A model generated the notes under the pieces. It made no database searches. It had not been told where the DNA came from and was given only the letters and a program-made list of their open reading frames with translations. The translations under genes and the position numbers were made by a program. From Octopus vulgaris (Eukaryota): 64,000 nt of DNA. Every line of letters starts with the position of its first letter. Within the stretch, counting starts at the first letter, position 1. The stretch is taken from assembly GCA_951406725.2 (NCBI GenBank), contig OX597816.1, positions 16,554,001 to 16,618,000 on the forward strand. The letters run 5' to 3'. This document shows positions 26,971-40,082 of this stretch, piece after piece.

Positions 26971-28116
26971 GGAGGATTCAAGCCCCAGTCCTCTCAACAA
27001 TTCACTTGTATTTTAAATTCTAATCCATATTCAGCAACCTAGGTTAGATAATGGTACCAACAAGCACAAAAAGAAAACTTTTTCATCTTAGAAGAACAAT
27101 TATGTTATCGTTTGAATACAAGAATTGAAAATTATTAGTTAGTTTATTCTTTTAACAGGCAATGTAGATATATTTCTAGACTAACATATTGTGTGAAGTA
27201 GTTTTGTGAAATTAGAATGGATGTAACACATGCAATAGCAAACGAAAAATGCCAGCATGGCATTACTAATCTAAGTGACATGATACCAAAAAATGGATTA
27301 TATACACAATGCAGTCTATACAAAATATTGTAAAGATGACATTTTTAAACAAACTCAAAACGTATATACATCGATACCTTTGACAAAAAGGAATATTTAT
27401 GAGATGCATAAGTTAAAATGCTGATTAATGCAAATATAACATTCAAAGCATTGTTCACAGGGTCAAAGAACAAAGGAGCTTCACTGCTTTTGAGTTAAAT
27501 TGTCTAGTTATTGGGAAGAATATGTTGAATATTAGAACAAAAGGGACTAACCATAGTCACAAAATGTAGAATATCGATAATTTTAATTAAAATTTTATCA
27601 CAAACCTATAGTCATTCGTGTACTTTATTATATAAGCTACTCACAGTAAAATGCCTACAAACTCATCTCAAGAAACAATGGTTCTCAGAAGAAGAACGCA
27701 AATAGCTGAAACAGATTATCCAAATTCAATTTATTACATTCCACAAAAGTTCTGCATATAACTGAATTTATTGCTGTCTAAATAGCAACAGAAGATTATT
27801 ATCTTTAAATTAGAGATTGTTTCTAAATTTATCACCAACCTTTTCTAGGATTTATTTGATATAAAAAAAGAAAAGCTAATTTATTAAATTCATAGAGAAC
27901 AGAATTTTATATTTTCTTCTTGTTTTAAACTTTGTCAACTGCACTTTGATGTCAAGCTCATAAATGTTGTTAGTTAAGTTTTAAATAAATATATTCATCA
28001 AATGATTAAATAAAAAAGAGCTTCTGTAAACACGTAACAATGTGATCTATGAATAGCATTGAGATGATATATACCTAAGGAATATTTTGAAATAAATTCA
28101 AAAATTTAACAAATAC

Positions 28117-28212
28117 CTGTCGATATGCTTCACACATAACTAAGCGAGCTGCATAGTCAAAGAAATCTCCAATGATGATATGAATTTTATTTCTTCGCAA
28201 GTCAGCAAATAT
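28117..28212 (-). CDS. Internal coding exon B of the same receptor (missed by the ORF track)
   Basis: Acceptor tttcag, donor CAG|gtattt. The 96 nt are 32 codons, phase 0-0: IFADLRRNKIHIIIGDFFDYAARLVMCEAYRQ. This matches the 'L...RII.G.F....AR.V.CEAY' motif of GABA-B/VKR Venus-flytrap domains. Confidence 0.9.
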
Positions 28213-31200
28213 CTGAAATTTAAGTGGACAATATTCTGTTAGGAAACAAAGCTCAACACGTGTCTAGAATTTGACACTAATGTACATTTATAAAAATAAT
28301 ATTTAATGAAAACAAAATATTATCATAATCTTAGATTGAAATAAGATATTTGAAAATTGTATAAAAGTTCATTTTGATGGTTAAATGAAATATATTGACC
28401 AAGTGAATTTCTAACATTAAATCAGACCTCAAATATGAATAAGAAGAGACTATTTAAGGTTTACTTAAGTTATTAATTTAATCCCCATGATTGTTAGGAA
28501 AGTTTGTAAGTAGGTTTCAAAAAATATAAAATCTTTCCAACGTTTAGAATAACAATATTAATAGGAAAAAGAAAAATATATTTCAGATTTCAAATCAATA
28601 ATTTTTTTTTTCACCAGTGACCTTGATAGACTTCAGCTTGTGAATGATATGTAAATATTTGTCCAGGATAGGATCAATAATTTTTATTTACTCAGAATAA
28701 AAATATCATAGATAAAAATGTAAAACTGGAACAATTGATAATAAAATATATCTTAAGATATATTTCTTACTGAGAGAAGTAAACAGAACAGCAACACATA
28801 CACACATATGTATATATAGTCTGACAGTAAACAAAATATACACACATATACACAAATGTACTTTCATATATTTCACTGTAATATCCATAGTAGGATTGAC
28901 GATAGGATTATGGTTGAGTATTGCAGTTCACCAAGTGGATGCCAGTCTATGATTACGTACATAGAGAAACTAGTGCAGAGCAAAGAACCACAAAGACAAA
29001 TATACATCCAATAGCATTGAAAGAAATCTTATTTAAAGCACTTCAATTTCCAGGAAATCTTATTTGATGCACTGCATTATCCACAACCAGTACAGAATTG
29101 CAAACAAAATTTAAATCAAACTCTATAAGAAAATACATATATCTTCAACCATAAAGCCACCTACTTTCATATAAAACATTGGTTCCTTCAAGCTATTGAA
29201 CATCACTGAAGGTCATCTTTGGGTAATGTCTGTCTTAGTTACTATGGAAATCCATCAGAAACCTGTCAATTCTTCAAGTGATAGATTGAACAGACCATTA
29301 TTGGAGATCTTCATTGGCTAATATCATCGACAAGAAATCTATTTTGTAATTCAAAATTGAATACTAAATGCATTATACTTATCCCGTTGCGCTAGGAATC
29401 TTTAAAATTTATATTTGAATATGTGCTAATTGGCATCTAGATGAATATCTACTTGTGAAGAATTCTCCTCAGTTCAGTAAGAAATTAAACCTAAAATTGC
29501 TTCCTTATCTTTTATATATAATTATGGCAATGGATAAAAATCAAAGAAAAATTAATACAGAAGCTGATAATCATAAATGAATGTAATAATGAATGATGAT
29601 AATGATATCGATAACATTGCAATAAACTATATAAATGATATACATTATGGGGAAAAAGCTTGAAATGAACTGAATGTACAAGAGGTTTCCACTATTTTTA
29701 TATTACAGGCTTTCTAGATATTAAAGACATGATCTCTCATGTTCCCCTCTTCAAAACCAAGATGAAATAGTTTTGAGGGGGAAAAAAACTCTCTATTACT
29801 TTTATAGGTATATTGATTTAGTGACTTGTCTATGAAGATAACTTGAAGCTTCTATCAGTTAAGAGAGAACATTAAGAGCAGTTGCAGTAAATGCTTTCTG
29901 TCAACCTGTCAGGAATAAACTACATTTCATGTATATTTACAGATAATATCGCTTACAAAGCACTATATAATGCAAGGTACAATACATTTTTACCTTGAAA
30001 ACAAGGCCACATTTGAATGGCTAGAATATAAAATCTAACGTTTGCTATGCTCTCATAATACTTTTAGTTCCAAGTTTTAAATTTTCTTTTAACTTTTCCA
30101 AGGGTTTTAGATTGTGAATTAAGCATTTTATTTAAAAGAAATATAGTGCGTTATAAAGGTTAAATAATGGAATTCAGAACAAAGAAACCAAAAAAAAAAA
30201 AAAAAAAAATTTATTAAGAGTTGATAGCTGAAATTTGAATTTTTTTTTTATATTTCTTTATTTATCCTGAGTTGTAGTGAAGTGTAGCTAAAATTTAAGA
30301 TCATTGATTGCAATTAGGCTTCTTTTAGATACTACAATTAGCACTAAACTCTAACAATCATAATAATGAACAAAAGAGCTTATGGCTTCATCCAATAATG
30401 CAAAATGGGGAGAAAAAAATGCAAACAAACAAAACAACTTTTAAACATCAAATGAAGAACTGAAAGATGTAAAGATTTCAAGTATCAATCTAATTATCAA
30501 TAGTCTTAGATTAAATGTTAATGAATCTGGATTTTTGCTATTTCATTAAGCAAGTTATTAATCCATAGTTAACTGCTTGAACTCCTGTCATAAACTAATA
30601 CCGCATCTGCTTTAAAGATCTTCCACAGTATCACAAATTCCTTTTCCATTTCAATCTACAACAGCTTAATAGTTCCACTATCTTGCTAGTAACATACCAA
30701 GCCAGTTAAATACACAACCCAACCATGTTATGTATTTCTTCTTAAAAATATATCTCGAAAACATTCTTTCAAATAAGATTTTTTCCTAATGTAATTTTAT
30801 GGAGCATACATACTTTAAGTTGATCATAAAGAAAAGATAATCTGGAAAAATATGTTAAAATGTATTTCGTATATATAGAAATACTAAAATGTCCTCTGTA
30901 GATCAGCTAGATAAAAATCTTTCAGCAACAGTATAAAAACCCATTTTTAACCATATCTTATAAATTTTTTTAAAAGGTCTATATTGGGAATGTTTTGTAG
31001 TAAGATCAATTTTTATTACATAAACATAAAATCCCTTTCTTTGGAGGTGCATACAAAATATTATTTTAGCGATACTTTACAAAGTATACTTTGGTAAGGT
31101 GATCAAATCACACTCTCTTTGAATGTGTTTCAACACACATACATATGTGTGTGTGTGTGTATGTGAAGTGTGTGTTGGAAAATGCTAAAGCAAATGTGGT

Positions 31201-31231
31201 AAACATATTCATGGAGCAGTGCTCAGTTAAA

Positions 31232-32056
31232 TCATCATCATCATCGTTTAGCATCCACTTTCCATGTGTTGGACGGTTCAACTTGGGTCTGGGAAGCCAG
31301 AAGGCTGCACCAGGCCCAGTCTGATCTGGTAATGTTTCTACGGCTGGATGCCCTTCCTAACGCCAATCACTCAGTGAATGTAGTGGGTGCTTTTTACGTG
31401 CCAGACGAGGCTGCCAAACGGCCATGATTGGATGGTGCTTTTTATGTGCCACAAAGCTTTCATTCAGGGCAGTTGGCTATGGTGTAGAAAGATAGCAATA
31501 AGAATGCTCCTCCTCCTGTTTAGACTAAGATAACTTTGACTCATGGATAACAATTTGTTATTCCAAATACGATATAATGAGTCTTTATATTATGTAACAG
31601 TATAATAGACATGGCTATGACTGTGACATGGTTCACCTAATATATATACGGGTATATTTTATACTATTAGGTTTTACCATTGGGTACCACTATCCGAAAC
31701 GTGGCCGATGCCAGTGCCGCCTCGACTGGCTTCCATGTCGGTGGCACGTAAAAAGCACCATCTGAATCGTGGCCAAAGCCAGTGCCGCCTCGACTGGCTT
31801 CCATGCAGGTGGCACGTAAAATGCACCAATCCGACCGTGGCCGATGCCAGCCTCGCCTGGCACCTGTGCAGGTGGCACGTAAAAAGCACCCACTACACTC
31901 ACGGAGTGGTTGGTGTTAGGAAGGGCATCCAGCTGTAGAAACATTGCCAGATAAGACCGGAGCCTGGTGCAGCCTTCTGGCTTCCCAGATCCCTGGTCGA
32001 ACCGTCCAACCCATGCTAGCATGGAGAACGGACGTTAAACGATGATGATGATGATA
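31232..32056. mobile_element. Two inverted SINE family C copies (31232-31452 minus; 31690-32056 plus)
   Basis: (CAT)n tail on the left and (GAT)n tail on the right, with a shared core. Confidence 0.8.
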
Positions 32057-32314
32057 TTTATATTCGATTTTTGATAATTTGGGAATGATATAAAGTTGTT
32101 TTGATCAATTGGAGTCTTTACTCATTATGCCTTTCAATTTATTTCTCCTTTCGCCTCAGTGTCACCTGAGCACTTCCAACTGCAGTCCTATTTTTATTTT
32201 TGCTCTTCAGTTAAACAAAATTGCTTTTCAGTTTAACGAAGTTATAAAAATTATCCTCTTATACATATATATATATATATATTTATCAAAAGAAAAACAG
32301 GATGCAAAGGATTT

Positions 32315-32403
32315 TGCGGTAGATATGTTTCTGGCTTTATTGAACAATTTATATCAATGCATAATTGATATAACATGTAGGTCAACAGCCTTCTTCAGCT
32401 GCG
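32315..32403 (-). ncRNA. Hammerhead ribozyme, inverted copy with weakened helices
   Basis: cgcag-CTGAAGA-aggct...agcca-GAAA-catatc-TA-ccgca. The core is intact, with mismatches in helices I and III. Confidence 0.65.
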
Positions 32404-32694
32404 TACAATTACCACACCAAAGACATATATTACATTATAGCAGGTTTGAGAAAAAGTTTGGGAAAAAAATTAGTTTCATTGGGAAGGTAAATCCTCAGTC
32501 GTATATACTGTTTTTTCACTCGATAAAGAATGATTCTTTATCGAGTGAAAAAACTGTATGGACGTTTTGTTTTGGTGTCTCACTATGCCATATACGACTA
32601 TGAGGGTTTACCTTCCCAATGAAACTCATATTTTTCTCAAACTTTTTCTCAAACCTGCTATAATGTAATATATGTCTTTGGTGTGGTAATTGTA

Positions 32695-32783
32695 CGCGGC
32701 TGATGAAGGCTGTTGACCTACATGTTATATCAATTATGCATTGATATAAATTGTTCAATAAAGCCAGAAACATATGTACCGCG
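32695..32783 (+). ncRNA. Type I hammerhead ribozyme, near-intact
   Basis: cgcgg-CTGATGA(32700-32706)-a-ggct...agcc-a-GAAA(32767-32770)-catatg-TA-ccgcg. Helix I is a perfect 5 bp, helix II is long, helix III is palindromic (ACATATGT). The GUA site predicts cleavage after 32778. Confidence 0.8.
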
Positions 32784-33112
32784 AAATCCTTTGCATCCTG
32801 TTTTTCTTTTGATAAATATATCCTATCACCTACACACTAGCTGGCATATACAGGTGCCTACAGTTATCAAGTATTCACCCTGAATTTTTTGTACCTAACT
32901 CACTATATATATATATATATATATATATTTATAATAATAAGGGTTTTTTGCAACAAGTTGCTTAAACCACATACCGAAAATATTAGAAATAGCAGTCAAA
33001 GGGCTACTATTGATAATACTACAAAAATAAGTCTGCACAAACAACAGTATTTGTAACTCATATATGGTAAAAGAAGAAAGGAAAACAACGAAACCACACA
33101 GTCTATGGATTA

Positions 33113-33170
33113 ATTATGGACGATCGTTTCTGGATTAGAATCGTAAAGTTCATTTCCTTATCAACATAAT
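33113..33170 (-). ncRNA. Degenerate hammerhead
   Basis: attatg-TTGATAA-gga...tcca-GAAA-cgatcg-TC-cataat. Helix I is a perfect 6 bp and helix III is palindromic, with two core substitutions. Confidence 0.55.
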
Positions 33171-33457
33171 ATTTTCCATAAATCTAGAAATGCTAGGAAA
33201 AACTTACCTCTTATATATTTGATCAAGCGACATCGAAAGATATAAAAGTCCGCTAGCATATCCACATTTATATAGACAAGTGAATTCGTATCTCCCTCCA
33301 AAATCTCACCATGTGAGTCACAAAAACAGCACTGCCCAAACGAAGTTTCGCAGTTTTATTGTAGGGGAGTAAAAGTATTCAATACAGATAAAGGGTGAAA
33401 TATAATTAATTTAATAAAATCAATAAATTTCACATCATCATCATCATCAAAAAGAAA

Positions 33458-33990
33458 AGAAAAGAAGATAAGATGGAAATAAGGAAGTTAATAATTGTTT
33501 ATTATTAACAAATTGGTTATCTTTGCTTCTGACAGCTGTTTCAATTAATTCTCGATAATTTTATTACAAATTTGTGCATTAAATTTACATTTATGTGACA
33601 TGAGTATAATTTCACCAGAGGCAAAACGATGTAACTTTGTATGTTATATTGGGCTTATCAGTTCATTGCAGCAATGTCTGCATATAACATCGTAAGGTAC
33701 ATCTTTTTGTCTCTGATGAAATTATACTCATGTGACATAAATGTAAATTTAATGTACAAATTTGTAATTAAATTATTGAGTAAGAAGCAAAGATGACCAA
33801 TCTGTTAATTATAAACAATTATTAACTTCTTTATCACCATATTCTTTTTTCTTCTTTTAAATGGTTATAAACTATATCCTTTATATATACCTATTGTTTT
33901 AAGGGAATTTCATTCCCTCAAAATACTAGGTATTGAACCAGTATTTCCCTGGATGCAACCATTCCTTCGCAAGGTTAGCATATCCTCTAA
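33458..33990. mobile_element. Foldback element with a degenerate hammerhead in each arm
   Basis: Arms about 33458-33649 / 33682-33858. Left arm (minus, 33522-33625) reads CTGGTGA-aatt...aatt-GAAA-cagctg-TC. Right arm has CTGATGA at 33713-33719 but lacks the GAAAcagctgTC segment. Confidence 0.7.
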
Positions 33991-34144
33991 TTATATATAT
34001 ATATATATATATTGTGTTATGCTAAGAAGAGGTGTACAGTACCAGATCTAGTAAACTACTCCAAATCATTGTTGGAGTGTCAACATAAATGGAGTCAAGC
34101 CCAGTTAGTTTGTACTGTTAACTGAGTTGTATTAGATGAAATAA

Positions 34145-34365
34145 TGAAATCAAACCAAATAATGATATCTTAAAATCATTTAATACATATGTTTTGGGCT
34201 TGTTATATATATAATAGGAAATGCATTCCATTACGTAAGTCTTCCTTTAAAATGCTTTAACTGAGGAAGCTTTATGTAATGGATGCATTTCCTATTATAT
34301 TTGATGCAAACCTGATATGAACATATTAAATAATATCAAAATATCACCATTTGGATTGATTTCAT
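34145..34365. mobile_element. Older foldback element with hammerhead relics
   Basis: Arms about 34145-34247 / 34264-34365. tttaa-CTGAGGA at 34256-34267; the left arm on the minus strand reads ccc-AAAA-catatg-TA-ttaaa. Confidence 0.6.
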
Positions 34366-34372
34366 CGAATAT

Positions 34373-35487
34373 TTAGCAAAATACACATCATGTATTTCAT
34401 CATCACATTTTGAACACTCCCACTATCATTACCCTCATTGGGATGAAAAATATTTTTTCTTTTTTTATCAAACATACATGATAACTTAAGTAATTTTATT
34501 ATAGAAGAATAAAATCTTTCTTTTAATATCACAAACAGTGAACCACAAATTAAAGCTCTTAAGTAGAAGTATTGATGGAAATCTTGTAAAACATCATCCA
34601 AAGCAAAATGTCTTATTCTACAAGTCATTATCAGTAATTATATTTCAAACATAGATCAACGATTATATTAATACGACTGAAATGTTAAGCACCTATCAAG
34701 AAATAATTTCGAAAATAATATGAAATCATCATCATCATCATCATTTAGCTTCCGTTTTCCATGCTAGCATGGGCTGGACGGTTCGATCGGGGTCTGGGAA
34801 GCCAGGAGGCTGCACCAGGCTCCAGTCTGATTTGGCAGTGTTTCTACAGCTGGATGCCCTTCCTAACGCCAACCACTCCGCGAGTGTAGTGGGTGCTTTT
34901 TATGTGCCACTGGCACAGGTGCCAGGGGAGTCTGGCATCGGCCACGATCGGTTGGTGCTTTTAACGTGCCACCGGCACGGAAGCCAAGAAGGTGGCGCTA
35001 GCATCGGCCACGTTCAGATGGTGCTTTTTATGTGCCACCGGCACAGAAGCCAGTCGAGGTGGCGCTTTCATCATATATATATATATATAATCAGGGATTG
35101 TGTTTAGTATATATTCCAAAACATGAATAATTAGCAAAATACACATCATGTATTTCATCATCACATTTTGAACACTTCCACTATATTACTATCATTATCC
35201 TAATTGGGATGAAAATATTATTTCTCTTTACACCAAACGTGCATGATAACCTAAATAATTTTATTATAGAAGAATAAAATATTTCTTTTAATATCACAAA
35301 CAGTGGGCCGCAAATTAAAGCTCTTATGTAGAAGTATTGATGGAAATCTTGAAAAGCATCATCCAAAGCAAAATGTCTTATTCTACAAGTCATTATCAGT
35401 GATTTGAAACATAGATCAATGATTATATTAATACGACTGAAATGTTAAGCACCTATCAAGAAATAATTTCGAAAATAATATGAAATC
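34373..35487 (+). repeat. About 355-bp direct duplication (about 34373-34727 and 35131-35487) flanking a family C SINE (34725-35070)
   Basis: ttagcaaaatacacatcatg...aaaataatatgaaatca occurs twice and gives the twin spurious ORFs MTCRIRHFALDD. Confidence 0.85.
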
Positions 35488-35540
35488 ACTTAATATAAAT
35501 AAGTATACCAGATAAAAATTGAAGACATTTCAATATTGTT

Positions 35541-35860
35541 TCATCATCATCATCATTTAACATCTGTTTTCCATGATAGCATGGGTTAGACGATTTTGAC
35601 TGAGGGCTGGCAACCAGATGGCTGCACCAGACTCCAATCTGATCTGGCAGAGTTTCTACAGCTGGATGCCCTTCCTAATGCCAACAACTCCGAGAGTGTA
35701 GTGGGTGCTTTTTACGTGCCACCGGCATGGGAACCAGTCTGGCGATAATGGCAATGACCTCACTCGAATCTTTTTACATGTGCCACTGGCACTAACGATC
35801 ATGCTCGAATGGTGCCCTTTTACGTACCACGGGTATGGAAGCCAGTTGGCTTCCGTACCT
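35541..35860 (-). mobile_element. SINE family C
   Basis: (CAT)n tail plus core. Confidence 0.8.
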
Positions 35861-38111
35861 GTGATCTATTGTTTATGTTTCATTTTAATGTCTACTTTTC
35901 TATGCATGCATGGGTCAAATAGAATTTGTTTAGGTAGATTTACTACAGTTTCATACTTTCTCTGTCACTAGTCCTTATCTGCTTCCAAGCAGATGAGGAC
36001 GAATGACAGGGACATGGCTGGACATGTTTTCATGGAAGATTGGAAATAAATGGTACTGCTTGTAAGACAGTAGCACCCGTTTATAACTATCTTGCATTGT
36101 CATCACAAGGCGACACAAACACATACACATGTTGGTCTTCTTTCAGTTTCAATCCATCAAATCCTCTTACAAGGCTTTTATCATTCTGCAGTGATAATAG
36201 AAGACATTTTAAGTGCAGTTAAATATTGGTTGTAATTGTTACTTTTCTTGGCGTTAGGAAGGGCATCCAGCTGTAGAAACTCTGCCAGATCAAGATTGAA
36301 GCCTGGTGCAGGCATCTGGTTCGCCAGCCCTCAGTCATTCGTCTGAACCCATGCTAGCATGGAAAGCAGACGCTAAACGATGATGATGATGATTTGCTTA
36401 AGGTGTCTTGCAGTGGGACAGAACCAAAAATGATGTTGTTAGAAACTCATATTGCTTTACAAATACTATAAAATTAACTAGTCAAAAAAATAAATAAAGA
36501 TAAAAAAGAGAGAAAAAGTAAGTGTTCTAAGATTCAACAATATATTAATGCATTCAGTATGAAGTTAGTAAATCCACATACTTTATAAGTGCTAATCAAA
36601 GTTTTCTATATTCAGAATAGAATTTGTGAATACAATTTGTTATATAGAAAAGTCTGAAGCCTTAATTTTTTAAAAAGTGTGTAAAGAGAACAATATGTTC
36701 TCTGCAATAACATTAGTGGTTCTGAACAATAATGGAAACCTATTTCCAGATAAACATCAGAGTGGAAGCTTATATTGACTCTATGATATTTTCAAAGTGT
36801 TGATGAATTATGAATAGTTTTGTAATTCACAATTTCTGACAGTCCAAGTGAAATATGAAAATATTTGCCTTTCTCTATGAAGGGAGTATAATGAGAAACA
36901 GTGAACTGCATTATGTACAAGATGGGAAAAGCTGAGGCAGAGAGCAAGCCAAAGAAAGAAATCTATATAATGATTCAAAAAATGTTGAAACTTAAGGCCA
37001 ATATAAAAAAAAACAGCCTTCTTAATGGAAAAAATGTATTACTAGACCAATAAAAGAACTTCTTAATGGAAAAAAAATATTATAAGGAAGGTTTTATTAA
37101 ACTGTTTCATAAACATGTTCTCTCCTATCAGAGATAAAAGAAGCAGGCTTACTTCAGAAAATCTAAAAAATTAATAGCCATGTTTTTAGTATTAAAGTAG
37201 TAAAGCTAAAAGCTAGGAAAATAACATTTCTTCCATTTATCTAAATAGATCTTGAGAATAAGTGATTATCAATTGAACACTATTTTAGCTTCAGAAAGTA
37301 ATATGACAACCTTTGGGGTGCAGATATACTGAACATTAACTTAAATGAATATTGTAAAATACACAGGTTAGGATTCATATTTCCTACAGTGATATAATTC
37401 TGGTGAAAATACCTGAATAAAAATGCTGTATTAAAATCAAAGGAATAATCTAAATAGCTCCCTAAATGTTTAAGATGGTAGGATCTGAGTTAAGTTCCTA
37501 AAAGATGGCTCACGATTGACAATGCTGAAGGTAATTTGAAGGTTTGTTTGGCTGCATATTACTAAAGCCTTTGTTATAAACTCATTCTTCTCCTTTTAGG
37601 AGTTTGAAAAATCTCACAAATAAATTCTTGATTGAGTAACGTGTGAGATTCTTTAAATAGTCAGTTTGATTCTTAATGTACGTTACCAAAAAAAAAAAAT
37701 AATAATAATAATAATAATAATAAAAAGTTAGATTTAAAGCTTTTTATAGAGTTGATGTAGAAACACGAGAAAAATCTACTGTGTTAATGTGACCTTCATA
37801 CAGCAATAGAATCAGGTAGGTGGTATTGTTTGGTGTGGACAAAAGAAACATGAAGAAAATCAATATATCAATCAATGAAACTACTTGGTATACTGTTGAT
37901 GCTGTAGCATTCCAAAAAGCTAGTGTTTATTATTCCAGTTTGGAGCTCAACATGCACTAGTACAACACATACTGCATTGAAATTACTTGCAAAGGCCACA
38001 ATCTTTATTAAGTTACTGGGAAAGGTAAATAAGACTTAATACTTAGAAAAATTAATTACTTCCAGTGAAGTAAGTTAAATTCAATGAAAAAATTTTTTAA
38101 TAACACAAAAA

Positions 38112-39095
38112 TATTCATTATTCCTGTTTTTATCCCACAAACTTTTTTTTTTACCTTTTCATGCTTAATTTTGTTGCATCATCTCAAATTATACATATGC
38201 ATATTTTGCAGTTACAGCTGATCAATTATTTCTGTCCTTACAAATACAGTTGGTATTTTCAAAAATCTTATTAATACCTCTGGTAATCTATTTGTGAAGA
38301 CCTGTTGAGGCAAGTGAGAATCGAAATCGATCAACATCAATGGAAATTGCAGCTGTGATACCAGTGCTGGTGGCACGTAAGAGAACCATCCGAACGTGGC
38401 CGTTGCCAGTGCCGTGTGGTACATAGTTTTTTTGTGGCTGTGTGGTACGTAGCTTGCTTACCAACCACATGGGTCCGGGTTCAGTCCCACTGCATAGCAC
38501 CTTGGGCAAGTGTCTTCTACTACAGCCTCGGCCCAACCAAAGCCTTGTGAGTGGATTTGGTAGACGGAAACTGAAAGAAGCCTGTCATATGTCCCCACAA
38601 CATCGTTTGACAACTGGTGTGTTTACGTCCCTGTAACTTAGCGGTTCGGCAAGAGAGACCCGATAGCATAAGTACTAGGTTTACAAAGAATAAGTTCTAG
38701 ACTAAAGGCAGTGATCCAGCATGATCACAGTCAAATGACTGAAACAAATAAAAGATAAAAGATTTAAAAAAATATATAATTGTTATTCTGGAAAATAATG
38801 TAACCATGTCTAACTTGCGGTTTGTAAATTCCTGCAGAAGAGTATGCTGTAGTAATAGAAACCTTTTTTGTGGAGAGTAACATTTATGTTTTGAAACTGC
38901 CAAAGCTGACGCGTTTAATAGATTACCAGGGATATTAATAAGATTTTTGAAGATACCAACTGTATTTGTACGGACAGAAATAATTGATCAGCTGTAACCG
39001 CAAAATATGCATATGTATAATTTGAGGTGATGCAAACTTAGGCATGAAAAGGAAAAAAAAAAAATGTTTGTGAGATAAAGAAGGAATAATGAATA
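38112..39095. mobile_element. MITE with about 180-bp TIRs carrying nested SINEs
   Basis: Arms 38112-38292 / 38917-39095 (tattcattattcct...aggaataatgaata). A family C fragment and a family A SINE (about 38435-38762) lie inside. Confidence 0.8.
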
Positions 39096-39809
39096 AGACT
39101 AAGACAGTAAAAGCATATAAAGAGTAACAAATATCTCCAATTATTCATACAAATTATTATGTAAAGCTAAATTATAAACAATGGTAGTAAAAAGGATATT
39201 TAAAATATACTTTAAAAATATGTGCAGGAATATGAGAAAGTAATTTAAGATACTGCACATAAACGAGAGAAAGAAGAGATTATTAACAAGAACAATGTTT
39301 ATGTCTTCAAGTTTCAAAATTTTCCTCCATGTTCAACAAATTTTACAACACAGCCATATTATTATAAACATACAAACAGACCTCCAGGACTATGAAGATA
39401 ATGAACAGACATTTGTTGGATAATGTTGGCCAGGGAAATCTAAAAACAAAAAAATTAATGCTGGCTCATCCAAATTTAAAATTCTTATTCCCATAATTTC
39501 AATCATTGTTGTACTAGAGTTATACATACATAAGACACATGATTGGCGAACCGAATGTAAGATGCTGAATGCTTCTGACAGGTGGCCATTTTGCCTTGTC
39601 CAAGAAGCAGATGTTGCTGCATATTGCAGTGATCCAACTAAAAAAATGAGACTGGAAATTACAATTGGTCAACCCTATCAACAACATTTCCCTTATATAT
39701 GTTGGTCAGGGCCCCACCTCTCCCAGCTCCATCATCAATCAACCTTATGACATATCCCTTTAGCTGCATTTTGTCTTGGATTTGTTAAAAAAATCTTTGA
39801 ATCAATGAA

Positions 39810-40082
39810 TCATCATCATCATCGTTTAACATCTGCTTTCCATGCTAGCATGGGTTGGACGATTTTGACTGAGGGCTGGCGATCCAGATGGCTGCACCAG
39901 GCTCCAATCTTGATCTGGCAGAGTTTCTACAGCTGGATGCCCTTCCTAACGCCAATCACTCCGAGAGTGTAGTGGGTGCTATTTATGTGCCACCAGCACG
40001 GGGACCAGTCAGGCAGTATTGGCAACAACCTCGCTCGAATCCTTTTACACATGCCACCAGCACAGGTGCCAGTAAGGCGAAG
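39810..40082 (-). mobile_element. SINE family C
   Basis: (CAT)n tail plus core. Confidence 0.8.

Larger units (their letters stand above)
32278..32905. mobile_element. Large foldback Penelope-like element with two hammerheads
   Basis: Arms of about 230 bp at 32278-32506 / 32590-32820, a one-sided extension to about 32905, and (TA)n on both flanks. This explains the mirror ORFs 32109..32603 and 32516..32773. Confidence 0.8.

Noticed and set aside
30602-30655. Possible 54-nt phase-0 cassette exon (IEMEKEFVILWKIFKADA) on the minus strand
   Set aside because: No polypyrimidine tract, and exons A and B already join without a gap.
32109-32773. Two similar ORFs on opposite strands
   Set aside because: They are mirror translations of the inverted-repeat arms, with no protein motif.
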